A stretch of DNA of 64,000 nucleotides from Babesia bigemina (taxonomy: Eukaryota). This document shows positions 34,147 to 44,734 of the stretch, piece by piece; position 1 is the first letter of the stretch; each line of letters begins with the position of its first letter. Position numbers and translations under genes: made by a program. A model generated the notes under the pieces. The model searched no databases. It worked only from the letters and a program-made list of their open reading frames with translations, and was not told where the DNA came from. The stretch is taken from NCBI RefSeq assembly GCF_000981445.1, contig NC_027219.1, forward strand, positions 372,001-436,000. Reading direction: 5' to 3'.

Positions 34147-35399
34147 TGTGCAAATGCGCTAGCTTCCCAAAGGTACAGGGTTGCCACGCAGAGCGTAACC
34201 CTGAAATGTGTAAGCGGAGGTCGGGATGGCTGCAGATGCCTTAGCAGAGTACACCCCTACCGTAGACACCTACGATGTGCAACAGCCGTGCCAACTGTTA
34301 CCAGTTCCAGTAGCATATTGCAGTGTACTCGAACTGGCCGCACTGCCGAGCGCGCTGTTTGTAGGGGGTGTAGGCGTGGCGTGGATTATGTCTAAACTAC
34401 CCTTCGAGTGCGCGGTAACCGCAACAAGCAAACATTGTGCGAGTATTTGTCGTGTGTGTAAACGCCGTAGGTCTGGGTAAATTGCTGGTGCGTCGGCTCG
34501 CCAGTTGTTTGTACGCCTATTCCCAGACAGCAGCGAACTGCGGATGTGTGGCGGAAGACACATTCAGAACTGTGTAAAAACGTAATACACACAACTACGT
34601 GCGAATGTGCAAGCATTTGCTACGCCGGGTTCTTCCTTGCGCGGTGTTCGTTTCCCCGGCCGGCTCTACTACACTCCGGCAATAACACAGCTGGAGCCGT
34701 GGGAGCGCCCGCAGCGCGCGTATAGTTTGGTTCTAGATCGTGATGGCGTATGTGTGATCGCCGTATTAGGCTGCAGTATTGTAGAGCCTGTCCGCCGGTT
34801 ACCGTGCAGAGGATTCCACACAGCTGTTCCTATTACGGGGCATCCATGCCGTGGACGAGTACGAACACGCGGCGTAAATCATGCATCCATGGCCTTTCGG
34901 TTTCCGTGACATTCGCGCGCTGAGGCATTCGAAGGGTATCGTGTACTCCGCGAATGCCACCACCGAGACACGGTCTCGTACCTCGCGCAACGATACGTCG
35001 GTACGATGTCGATTAACGTGGCACATATGGCAGACGATGCGGGCGCAATCGCGTTGAGTTGTCCCTTTAGGGAAGTGCGCTGGTTCGCTGTAACAGTCAC
35101 GTGGTAATCACGCCCACCAGATCTTTCTCTTCGCCGCCAAAGTTCTGGCAAACGGTATCACGTAGTAGTATAAGGTGACAATAGGTCGAAATTACGGAGA
35201 AAAGGTCTGATTTTTCACGTTACACAATTTAGCACCCGCGTCATAGATCTGCCGCATCGCTCCCATCTACCGAGACAGCGCTGAATAGCTCGCTTCGTTC
35301 AATCAACAGGCAACAACACACGGCCATCTCAGCTTTATGGGTGCTGTAGCAAAATTTTGAGCATCGTGGTCCGAGTGAGAGTTGCTCCATAAATTGAAT

Positions 35400-36593
35400 A
35401 TGGAGGTCGAGCGCATTACCTCATACGACACCGCATCGGGTGAACCGGCAGATGCACTGGATTCAGAACATTGTTCCAAAGACCAACTGTTCGAGTCAAA
35501 GTACTTCACGCGCGAGGACTTTGCCCCTTTCACCCTGCCGTACGGGACCCTTTGCGGCAGTGATGGAGGAAACACGGAAAATAGAGACACGTCTTCAGAA
35601 GGAAGCGCTGACCCGAAAGCATGGGCAGCCAGTGTGTTCCAGGACTGCATTTCCTTCATACGAGGCAACCACGAGTCAAACGAGACCTTCGAGTGGTACC
35701 ATGACTTCATCGCCTTCACGAACCTGCAGGCGGCCGTGTACTCCGACCGCGAACTGCTGAAAGATGGAGAAGATCTTTATTTGATCTTGGACTACACGAA
35801 CAAACATGTGCGGAATCTGCGTTCTTCAGTAGCTAAAAACGCCTTGTTTTTTGTCGGCTGCATCATAGAGGCGACCGAACACGACTCCACCCTGTTCGTG
35901 GCGGTAGCACTCAGGCTCTTGCCTCATCTCTTCAAGTGCAGCACCTCGGAGAAGATTGTATATCGCAAGCCAGCCATACACAACATCGTTTCGATCTGCC
36001 AGCGTTGCCGCAGTAGCGAGAGTATCGCCATTGCATGGATGCTGATGGACCATGCCCGCGACCGCAGCCCAAAGATTTGCGCAGCAGCTACCATTGCCAT
36101 GCAAACATTCTTCGACAATTTCGACACGGATATGCTCGTGACACTCGATCTGGAGGATGTTGCCGAACACTTTGAACCATGCCTGGGTGGGCGCAACGCC
36201 GCGCTAAAGAAGCTCTGCTCAGGTCTCGTAATCAAGATAGCCGAGAGACTTCCTACGGACACTCTGCACGCCTGGGTGGAATCTGCTGCTTCCAAGCCAA
36301 ATTTGAAGAAGCTGCTCAAACCATACGTACCCAGCCCCGTACTGAGCGAACCATCGGTGGACGAACCCAACGACCAAACGGCGATCAGTGCGTCCAGCGA
36401 AATGTTGACAAACAACGTGGTGAGTGTTGAAGTGAAGGAAGTCTCGTCACTACCCGAGGAGAAAGGGGAAGTCGAAACGACTTGCCCAGCGGCAACAGAA
36501 ACAAACGACGAGCCAAATACGGCTGAAACAACTGAGGACCCGGCAACGGAAGAAAATGAAGGTGAACACGATAGCGCACAGTCGCCGGCATAG
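35400..36593 (+). CDS. TOG/CLASP_N-like HEAT-repeat protein with acidic tail
   Basis: EWYHDFIAF, VRNLRSSVAKNAL, ARDRSPKICAAA HEAT motifs; intronless ORF. Confidence 0.7.
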   Translation: MEVERITSYDTASGEPADALDSEHCSKDQLFESKYFTREDFAPFTLPYGTLCGSDGGNTENRDTSSEGSADPKAWAASVFQDCISFIRGNHESNETFEWYHDFIAFTNLQAAVYSDRELLKDGEDLYLILDYTNKHVRNLRSSVAKNALFFVGCIIEATEHDSTLFVAVALRLLPHLFKCSTSEKIVYRKPAIHNIVSICQRCRSSESIAIAWMLMDHARDRSPKICAAATIAMQTFFDNFDTDMLVTLDLEDVAEHFEPCLGGRNAALKKLCSGLVIKIAERLPTDTLHAWVESAASKPNLKKLLKPYVPSPVLSEPSVDEPNDQTAISASSEMLTNNVVSVEVKEVSSLPEEKGEVETTCPAATETNDEPNTAETTEDPATEENEGEHDSAQSPA

Positions 36594-37030
36594 ATGCCGC
36601 TAAAATGAAGACATAACCGATTTAGCAATTAAAGCAGACTTCTTCCAAATGTTACGCAATTTGGCTTGCGTTTGGAAAACAATCAAGCCTGCCCTTTGAA
36701 AATTGAGAGCGGAAAGGGTAGGGAGCAACGTCCCGGGAAACCGGCAGCGGTATATAGATATGCCAAACTCCTCAACTGTGCGATTATTATCCGAATGCGC
36801 CAGTAACCAAGCGGTGTTTTTAGTTGAAGCCTATTGCACGATCTTCGACCAGGTCCTGGTGCTGGCGTCACATGGAAAGCCTATCATTCTCACGCGCCTT
36901 ACGCAAGGGTTTAGGTATAGGCGATGCGATATGTCATGTAACAACTCCAGCTGGAGGCACGCAACCTTAGCTGCTGTACGAACGGTCCACAACCAGGACA
37001 GCCGCCTCTTTACACAACTCAGGAAGATAC

Positions 37031-37593
37031 TCATGACTGATTAATGAGCTCGAATAGACGCACCACTGTTAAGCAAATTAGGCTAAATTGCATGAATGCT
37101 GCCCACCTCCATTGTTGGCGATTTTTTTGTAGCGTTGCTCGTCGGCCTCCGGGAACTCATCTGGTTGCTTCCGGATGGAGACCCTGGTTGGTCGCTGCAT
37201 AAATTTGACGAACTAATAAGGGACTCAGCGCATATTCACAGTCGTAACAGCGCATGGTACTCACCTTTGGCTGCTTGGGAGGCTCGGGCTCAGAGCTCTT
37301 CACAGGCTGCAGCGTTTATATGGGCAGACAGGTCACACCTACGCCTCGTGTCTTGTTCGCGATGGTAGTGGAGAAGGCTGAACATCAATGAATCCGGTTC
37401 ACAATGCCATCTCTGGCGTAAGGTATCGCCTAGATGTGCTGCTCTTGCCTACGGCGTGGCTAAACTAACCTTTCGACACTCCCTTCATGATGGAGCCCAT
37501 CAGCTCCTCCACGCTTATCGCTTCAGCCGCACCCTCGGCATCTTCTGGCTCGGAGATGGTATTGTCAGACGGTTCCGGATTATCCTTCTTCAT
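37031..37593 (-). CDS. RRP15-like ribosome biogenesis protein, ~5 short exons (absent from ORF track)
   Basis: The spliced C-terminus DEQRYKKIANNG|VVRLFELINQS matches the Rrp15 ERxLxKIAxRGVVxLFNA motif; N-terminus MKKDNPEPSD...ELMGSIMK. Confidence 0.68.
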
Positions 37594-37906
37594 GGCGTCA
37601 CGAAATATCGAGGAATCCTAAAATGTGCCGCGGAAGTTCAGCCACCGGTGCTACGCCGCAAAAACGAGCGACGGACAATATCAATTGTTTGAATATTTGT
37701 TATATAAAAATTGTGAACGATACGCTGCTAAAGTGTGACGGCAGAAGGCGGCCGGATTAGCCGCCCACCCGCTCCAGGGAAACTCCTTATATCGACGACG
37801 CTAAAGGCGGCGGCTGCACAGCGTACTGTCGAACAGTGCCAACCACTCGCTGAATGTGACCACGCCGAGCACCCATAGCGTCTTTTTGCGGCCTCTCGGG
37901 CGCATC

Positions 37907-39223
37907 TCAGTGGCACCGACGGTACGCTATCGTCGTGCCGTGATCGCGGTACTCCTTCTTCGAAATCCAAAGCTGCTGGAAGCGGCCCAGGGACGCCAAA
38001 ATTGAACCCCCGAGCCACGTGGAGTAGCGAGCCTCGCCGTACGACGATGGGTGCACCAACTTGAACTTGCTTCCGCGGCCGATGGTACCCTGCGACAGCT
38101 GCGCATTCAAATGGTCCATCAGACCCGACGTCATACTGACGCCCCCAACCACGACTATGGACGACAGCAACTCACGGCGAATGTCCACATCGGTCTCGAA
38201 GACGCAGTCCGTGATCATCTCGTAGAGCCCCTTGAAGTTGTTGAACTCCGCCACGGACGTCGACTCGGGAGAGAACAGCAACTTCGGTACCTCGGCAACC
38301 TTGTCGTCAATCTGCACCACGTCACCGTCGGGTAGACGGTAGGTGTGCGGGATCTTTGGTGATTTCACGGAACAATACGATTCGCGGATCTCCCGCGCAA
38401 TCCACTGGCGGCGGTGCTCCTGCGCCACGCTCCCTCCGGGCCGGAAAAATTCGTGACCGCGGTTGTGTAGCAGATTGCACAGATGGATGTCCAACGCGTT
38501 CCCGCCCACAAGCGACGTTTGGATGGTGGATTGCAGCGATATGCCCTCGTGGACAGGCGAGGCGATGCAGCCGCCCGCACCGATGTCGAGCACCAAGGCC
38601 GACTGCCTGCCGACAGAAAACGCCGATAGGTTCGCCCGCTTGGCCAGGTACGCAGCGGGTACGTCCAGCTGCTCGAAGAGGATCTCCAGGGTGCAGTCGC
38701 GGAACTGCTTGCACTCCGCGGTCGGCTCCGTCACCAACATCGGGTGCTTCGTCACGTCCAGGTTCAGGCCTCCCACCTTGGTAGACACGAACTCCTCATT
38801 CTCAAACACTGCAACAGATGCGAATAGCTCACAAAACACGTACTCTGCATAGCCGCTAAGCCTGACCCTGCAGCGCCATCAGAAGGGTGCAAAAACCAAA
38901 AACGTACCTGGGCAGCTGTCACGCCGGTAACCCTCCACTCCCAAACGGATGAGCTTCTCGAACACAAACGGGTCCACTTCCAGGTTTTCGTCGCGGTTGT
39001 ATTGTAGCAGCCGTCGGACCTCCACAAACGTGGGTGCGCGCACCCGGTTCAGAGGCACCCATCCCAGGTACTCATTATTCCACGTGCCCCGACTCAACGC
39101 GCTGGGAATGTATTCACGCGGGTAGTCTTCCTGGCAGTTGCCGATACGGAGGGTGTCGAAACCCGGGTCCACCACGATAGCCGCCACATCGTCACCGCCA
39201 CTCTGCACGACCTTGACACCCAT
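37907..39223 (-). CDS. Nuclear actin-related protein (ARP4-like), includes a 24-nt micro-exon
   Basis: GGDDVAAIVVDPG, HPMLVTEP, LVLDIGAG..SPVHEG, YRLPDG, DVDIRRELLSSIVVVGG, WLGGSILASLGRFQQLWISKKEY. Confidence 0.88.
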
Positions 39224-39691
39224 TGCAACCTGTGGGGGTTTTCGGGGCGGCAAGGGCGGCAAAGTGGTCGACCGATTAGAGCGAATCAACGTTGCAGACA
39301 AAATGGGAAAACTGCTGGGCTGTTGCGTGCCCGAGCGAAATTTTCAAAGGCCTGCGCAACAGATCCTTCTAACTTCGAGCCCCTTGCATGTGACAGTCGG
39401 GCTCAACACGGTAAGATAGCGCTCGGAACGTGGTGCAACGAGCAGCCAAATGATAAGGATCGGTCTCGTGGGCCACAGTAGCAGACGACGCCTACGAGGA
39501 TAGTGGTCCAATGGCTCCTGGCCGAATAACACGCCTGAACTCACAACGAGGGAAGACCAGGGCCAAGGGTCGCAAAAAGGGTTGCAAAACCGATCCTTGC
39601 AAACCAAAAACAAACTCAACTGGGATCCAGACAAACGCTAAACTCAAATCGCACAGCGCGTTTGTACGCCACAACGAAAGCCCGTCGAACT

Positions 39692-40165
39692 CTAACTCTT
39701 ACGCGCCTTCCGCCGGTCGATGTAGTCAGCAAGCGCCTTCAGCGTGCGTAGCTCGCTGAAATCATAGTCAGGAATCGTCAGGTCGAACTCCTCCTCAACG
39801 GCAAGCAGCACCTCCACCTCGTCCAGGTTATCAGCACCAAACTCCTGCCAACAAATGATTGTCACACACCCTCACGTACTTTTAAGAAGTCGCACTCCGG
39901 GTCTATCTCCTCCGCCTTCTTCTCGAACTTCGTCGCAAGGATTCCCGAGATTCGTTCCACAGTCCCCGGCAGCGCGAACGCACGAACGCTGCGACGAAAA
40001 AGACGCGCGTCTTCCGGGATGCCGCAAACAGCCCGCAACTTAAACGCGAAAGCGCCTGCAGCGCGTTTACGGCCGCGTTTTACACGCACACGCACCTAGG
40101 AGAAACGCGCAACGTAACAGAAGCGCCAGACGGAGAACGCCACTTGGGCTAAGCGCAACGTTCAT
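39692..40165 (-). CDS. Acyl carrier protein-like with bipartite (apicoplast-type) leader, 3 exons
   Basis: Signal peptide MNVALSPSGVLRLALLLRCAFLL|GAFA, Arg-rich transit region, then CDFLK|EFGADNLDEVEVLLAVEEEFDLTIPDYDFSELRTLKALADYI. Confidence 0.87.
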
Positions 40166-40183
40166 TATACATGTTCCGTGCAG

Positions 40184-42351
40184 CTAACAAAGGAAACTGT
40201 TGTAATCTATGCCGGCGATCTGCGATGGGACAGAGGACTCGCGCACGTGGTGTTTCTTCGCCGGGGCCGCCTCGCTCTCCTCGGCCTCGGGGCAGGATTC
40301 CACGCACGCAGCACCGGATTCCACGTCTTCCGCGCCAACTGGCTCCGTTAAATCTGTGCCCAGCTGCAGGCGGCCCAGCTCGGCGATGTGGTCCTTGATT
40401 TCAGCGGCCTGGTCCACGCTCTGGTCGGCTGGCGGAGGCTCACTGTAGAATGGCAGGCGGCCACGTTGGAAGTCGTACAGGACGATCCTGGCCGCAGTGG
40501 AGACGTCGGGGACCCTGCCCTTGCGGAACTTGCCGAATTTCTCCGCCACCAGATCCAGGAAATTATCGTTGGTGAAGTCGGCACTGACGCCGTACCGCTG
40601 AACAAGCACGTCCCTGATGAGGCATGAAAGATATCGTAAACACGTAGCACACGAGTACATACGAAACCTGTAGCACAGTCAGGCGCCCTCGGCTGCACAG
40701 GGCGGTCGATCAACCGATCGATACCGCGGCGGTCCCATTGGGGCACCCGAACGGCGCCGAACACAGCCAGGAGCATCAACGTAGCAATGCCTTACCTGCT
40801 GATGATTTCGAGGACGCGGTCGATGTAGTTTTCCGGGTCGTTGATGCGCTCCACACGAACGACGCCCTTCAGCAGCCGATCCGCCTCGTCACTGTCCTCG
40901 ATCGGGGTGACGCCAGGGCAATCTATCAGGTGGATGCGCTTGGTCAAAGAGACGTATTGCCACACGCGGGTCTCCCCTGTACGTTAATGAGGTGCGAGTG
41001 AGTGAAGGGCGCACAATAACGCATCAACCTGACATGCAGCACCCTTTGTACACCAGTAGCTTATTGCATGACGTGATGGCGACGGCGAGCATACGGAAGC
41101 GTATATTGTACGATGCGCGCATTCGTAAAGTGGCCGTATGTGGCCCCGACATACCTGGTATTGGCGCTGCTTTGCAGTTCTTTTCACCCTTGAGCGTGTT
41201 GATCACGGAGCTCTTGCCCACATTGGGGTAACCGATGAAGCCCACGCTGAAGTGCTTGCGATCCTTCATCAGCTGCGAGTACTGCCTGAGAAACAGTTAA
41301 GCGCGGTTGGGGGAGGAAGTGTAGACGCGGCGACGTGAACGATGAACCCACTTTAGCAGCTGGACGAGGGTGTTCTTGCCGAAGGGGTTGGTGACGGACG
41401 CGTGAAATGCCACCGTGGGCACAGTGCGGTTTAGATGCTTCAGCCACGCCGCCGTGACCCACGTCGGGACGAGGTCGCATTTGTTCAACAGCAGAATCAG
41501 CGCCTTGCTCTGCTTGTTTTCGCGGATGTACTTCTCCAGGCGGTGGCACCTACAGCCAAATGTAGCAGCATGGAAAGCGACACACCTCGTGCCCATGGGA
41601 TTCCGAGCGTCTATCACCTGGACGATGACGTCGGAGCAGTCGATCACCTTGTACAGTTCACCCCAGATGCGCTTGGAGGTGCCCTTCTTGAAGACGACGT
41701 TCGGAGCTTCCTCCGAGGACTCGGCCACGTTTTCGCGCTGCAGGTAGGCGTCCTTGGACACGTCGTACGACGAGCTGGACGCGAGCTCAGCGAGCTCCTC
41801 CACGGTCGACGCCGCCAACTTCGGGCGCTTGCGCACGGCCTTCGCCCCGAAAGTCTGCTCGTACGGCTCTAGCGATAAGATTTTAGCGTTGTCGTCCGCC
41901 ATCTCAACGTTCTTCAACAGCGATAGGGGGAGCTTGCTGCGCTTCAAGATGTGCCTGAGAGCGAGTCAAACGGCGAAGCTGCCAAACACCAACGTTCGGG
42001 GATGCGATGCGGCCTCCTCCAGCTCGCTACGCAGGTTCGTCATCTGCTCCTGGGTCAGTACGCGGGTGTTGCCGAACCATCGGCGATCGGGGCAGATACG
42101 AGCAGGCTCGGTAGCCTGAACGCGCATCTTCTCCAGGTTGGGCTTGTCGCGGTACATGTTCAGGCGCTTTATTGTAGCCTTGTCCCGATACTGACCTGCG
42201 AAACGTCATCGCCGCAGCACGGAAACCTACCTTCCTTCTTGCCCTTGACGCCAGTGCGATGCGGATTCGTGATAGCCGTCGAGGCGCGGAAGGCCGGAAA
42301 CGGCTGCGCCGCCGATCGCTTGGCGATGCGATTCTTGCGCACCTTGACCAT
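40184..42351 (-). CDS. NOG2: Nucleolar GTP-binding protein 2 (circularly permuted GTPase), multi-exon
   Basis: [81 protein letters not shown]. Confidence 0.95.
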
Positions 42352-42549
42352 ATTGACGAATATGGTGGGAGGTGGAAGATGAAAGATGGGTTGAAATAAA
42401 TGCCAATTGCGAATCAAGGCGCAGATACAGCCGCAACCTCGGAAACGACGCCGCGCCCCCTGGGCCGCCACTGGGCCACACCAGGACGTTCGGTAGCGCT
42501 ACAGTTGTTATTATGGCATCGGCTTAATCGCCGGACTATGTTTTTCAGT

Positions 42550-43490
42550 CTATATGTGCAGCGCATGGCCTCGCGCTCGGCTGGCGGCTAGAGGTGTGTA
42601 GATGGTTACGCATTCCGATTCCGTGCCCCGGGATGAACACATAGAATCGACAAAGTCGCCTTTCGACAGCAGCCTGGAGCCCTGGATGGCGGGCAGTAGC
42701 AACGCTTCGCGGTGAGAGGAATCCAGCGGTTGCCGATGCCCATCCACAACATACGATTCAGTGGCGTTGTCGATCAGCCTTAGCGCCCGGCCCCTCCGCT
42801 GCCGCAACGTGAGCTGCAAGAAGTTGTATCACACCCGGCAATATCTACCTTGGTGATCTGGACGTGGTTGCCTTCCCTGCTTGCTTCTCCATGATCGGAT
42901 CTGCCGCCGCCGCCCTCAAAACTGGGTAACTGGTCGGGGTCCTGTGTGAGCAATTAGGCGATAGGCGATCCTTTATAACTCACCTTAGACGATACAATCG
43001 CGTGGTACCCGTCGGCATATGCTGGTGACGCCTGTTCCTCACCACGCCACGTACCGGTAAGGCCGGCACCGCTCTGGACATCGTCATCGCCACTGCGAAA
43101 CAACCCACTTCAAATAACATATCAAAGGCGCTCGGCGTATCCGTTAACTGCATGCTGTTGTTGAGTCCCAGGGCGTCTGTTAGCGAACGTGAGGATCCGT
43201 GTAGGCCGGCACAACCTGCAGGGCATGATGTGTTCCGGTCTACACCTACCGCAATACCCAAAAAGGCAGTTGTAGCCTCGGTTGCAACGTTGCCCCTCAA
43301 CACACATTGAGCGGGGTGCGTGTGAGTCCGAGTGGCATACATCTTCACGGAAGATAGCGGACTCCGGGTCTTCCACGGCCGACGGCGAAGGCTGGGACGC
43401 GGTGTGGACCGTTGCCAACGCCAGGAGAGGTGCGAGCGCAGCGACGGTTACCAGCCCGGCTGACACCGTGGCGATACCACGGGGCACCAT
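42550..43490 (-). CDS. Hypothetical secreted protein with short Cys-rich motif, multi-exon
   Basis: Signal-like MVPRGIATVSAGLVTVAALAPLLALA, C-x9-C-x5-C-x5-C-x4-C stretch and several ~35-nt GT-AG intron candidates; the model is tentative. Confidence 0.5.
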
Positions 43491-43666
43491 GACCGGCCGC
43501 TCGTGCTTACCGCAGGTGGGAAAAGCTACTCTCAACACCGGACGCCGTGCCGGCTGCCTGACAAAGTTCGCCCAGATAGGGCGCGCAAATGGCGCGGCGC
43601 CACGCCAGAATGCCAGCACCAATAATACACACAAGCACTGATGCGGGATTCCATCCTACAGGATGA

Positions 43667-44680
43667 ATGGCACAGCTACCGTGGTCAGTTGTCACCGCGC
43701 GACCCGTGACCTTCGGCAAAGCCCGGCTAGCGGCCGAAAAGTGTTCACAGGGTACGTAGACACGGGTAGCCGCTATCATGCGTGCAGGAATCGCGCAACA
43801 AATCGACAATAAGCCACTTAAGATGCGATTAACGTCCATGTTACAAGCGTTCGCCGAGGCTATGCAAGAATGCGAGAACAGCGAGGAGCTCAGAAACGTG
43901 ACCAGCCACGTGCCAGGCATGTCCATGGTCAAAGCGAAGTACGTTGCCATTGTACATGCCACCAGTGGGCGCTGAGAGGGCCGCCAAACCAACAAGGCGC
44001 CGGCACAGCACGGACGCCAGAGGATGCTGGAAAATACTGGCGCCATCTCCTCAATTTTATGGTGGTCGCAACGTGACTGCTCAGGTGGCAGCCTCGATTG
44101 GCAGTTGTTACATACGTTCATCGCGTGATGCCTCGCATACAAACACGCAGGGGGGTGGTGCAAATACATCCGTCCTTTCTCGGGAACGCTTTGAAGGGCG
44201 TCTACACATACCTCTCGAACTTCCTTATGCAGTTAGTAAACGCCGCATCGAGTTTAACAGGCACGACACAGGTACAATGAAGAACTGGGCGGCATATGGC
44301 TCACCTGCGGCAAGATTCGCCAGCAGGACGAATGTGGCTACGTCACAGACGGGGACTGCTTCGGCGTACTCTCGCTGAGCGTCACGCTTAAAATGGTCGT
44401 CTTCTACCCGTTCAGCAGAAGCGTGATCGGTAAATGAGGACTATACGGCACCTAATACCATGCAGGCAAGGTGGCCAGAGTCTCTGCGCACAGGGCGTCG
44501 CTCCTGGTCTACGGCATATTCGGCGTCACCGTCCGCTCCGTCGACGAGGCAAGTGAGGAGCACCACGAATTGACCGAGGGATCTTTGGTGGACGTAGAAG
44601 TCGACGACGTGAAAATTCTGCCCAAAAACAAATGGGTCATGCTCGCCACTGCCGTGGAACGCGTTAAACTTATTACGTAG
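43667..44680 (+). CDS. RNA polymerase I subunit A43-like (core ~44092-44680); upstream exons 43667-43938 may be fused or a separate small gene
   Basis: Introns 44232-44271 and 44430-44465 give VQIHPSFLGNALKGV..LSNFLMQYNEELGGIWL...MVVFYP..IGKVARVSAHRASLLVYGIFGVTV (RPA43/Rpb7 SHS2-OB pattern). Confidence 0.72.
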
Positions 44681-44734
44681 TCATCATCACAAACTACATG
44701 TGCACGTACACTGCGATTAGAGTGGTGCCGCGAC

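Noticed and set aside
38811..38908. Apparent long ARP4 intron
   Set aside because: Resolves into two short introns around a 24-nt micro-exon.
36693..39350. Shared 12-mer CCTTTGAAAATT in two structured intergenic regions (36693-704 plus; 39339-350 minus)
   Set aside because: Many chance 12-mer repeats are expected in a 64-kb window.
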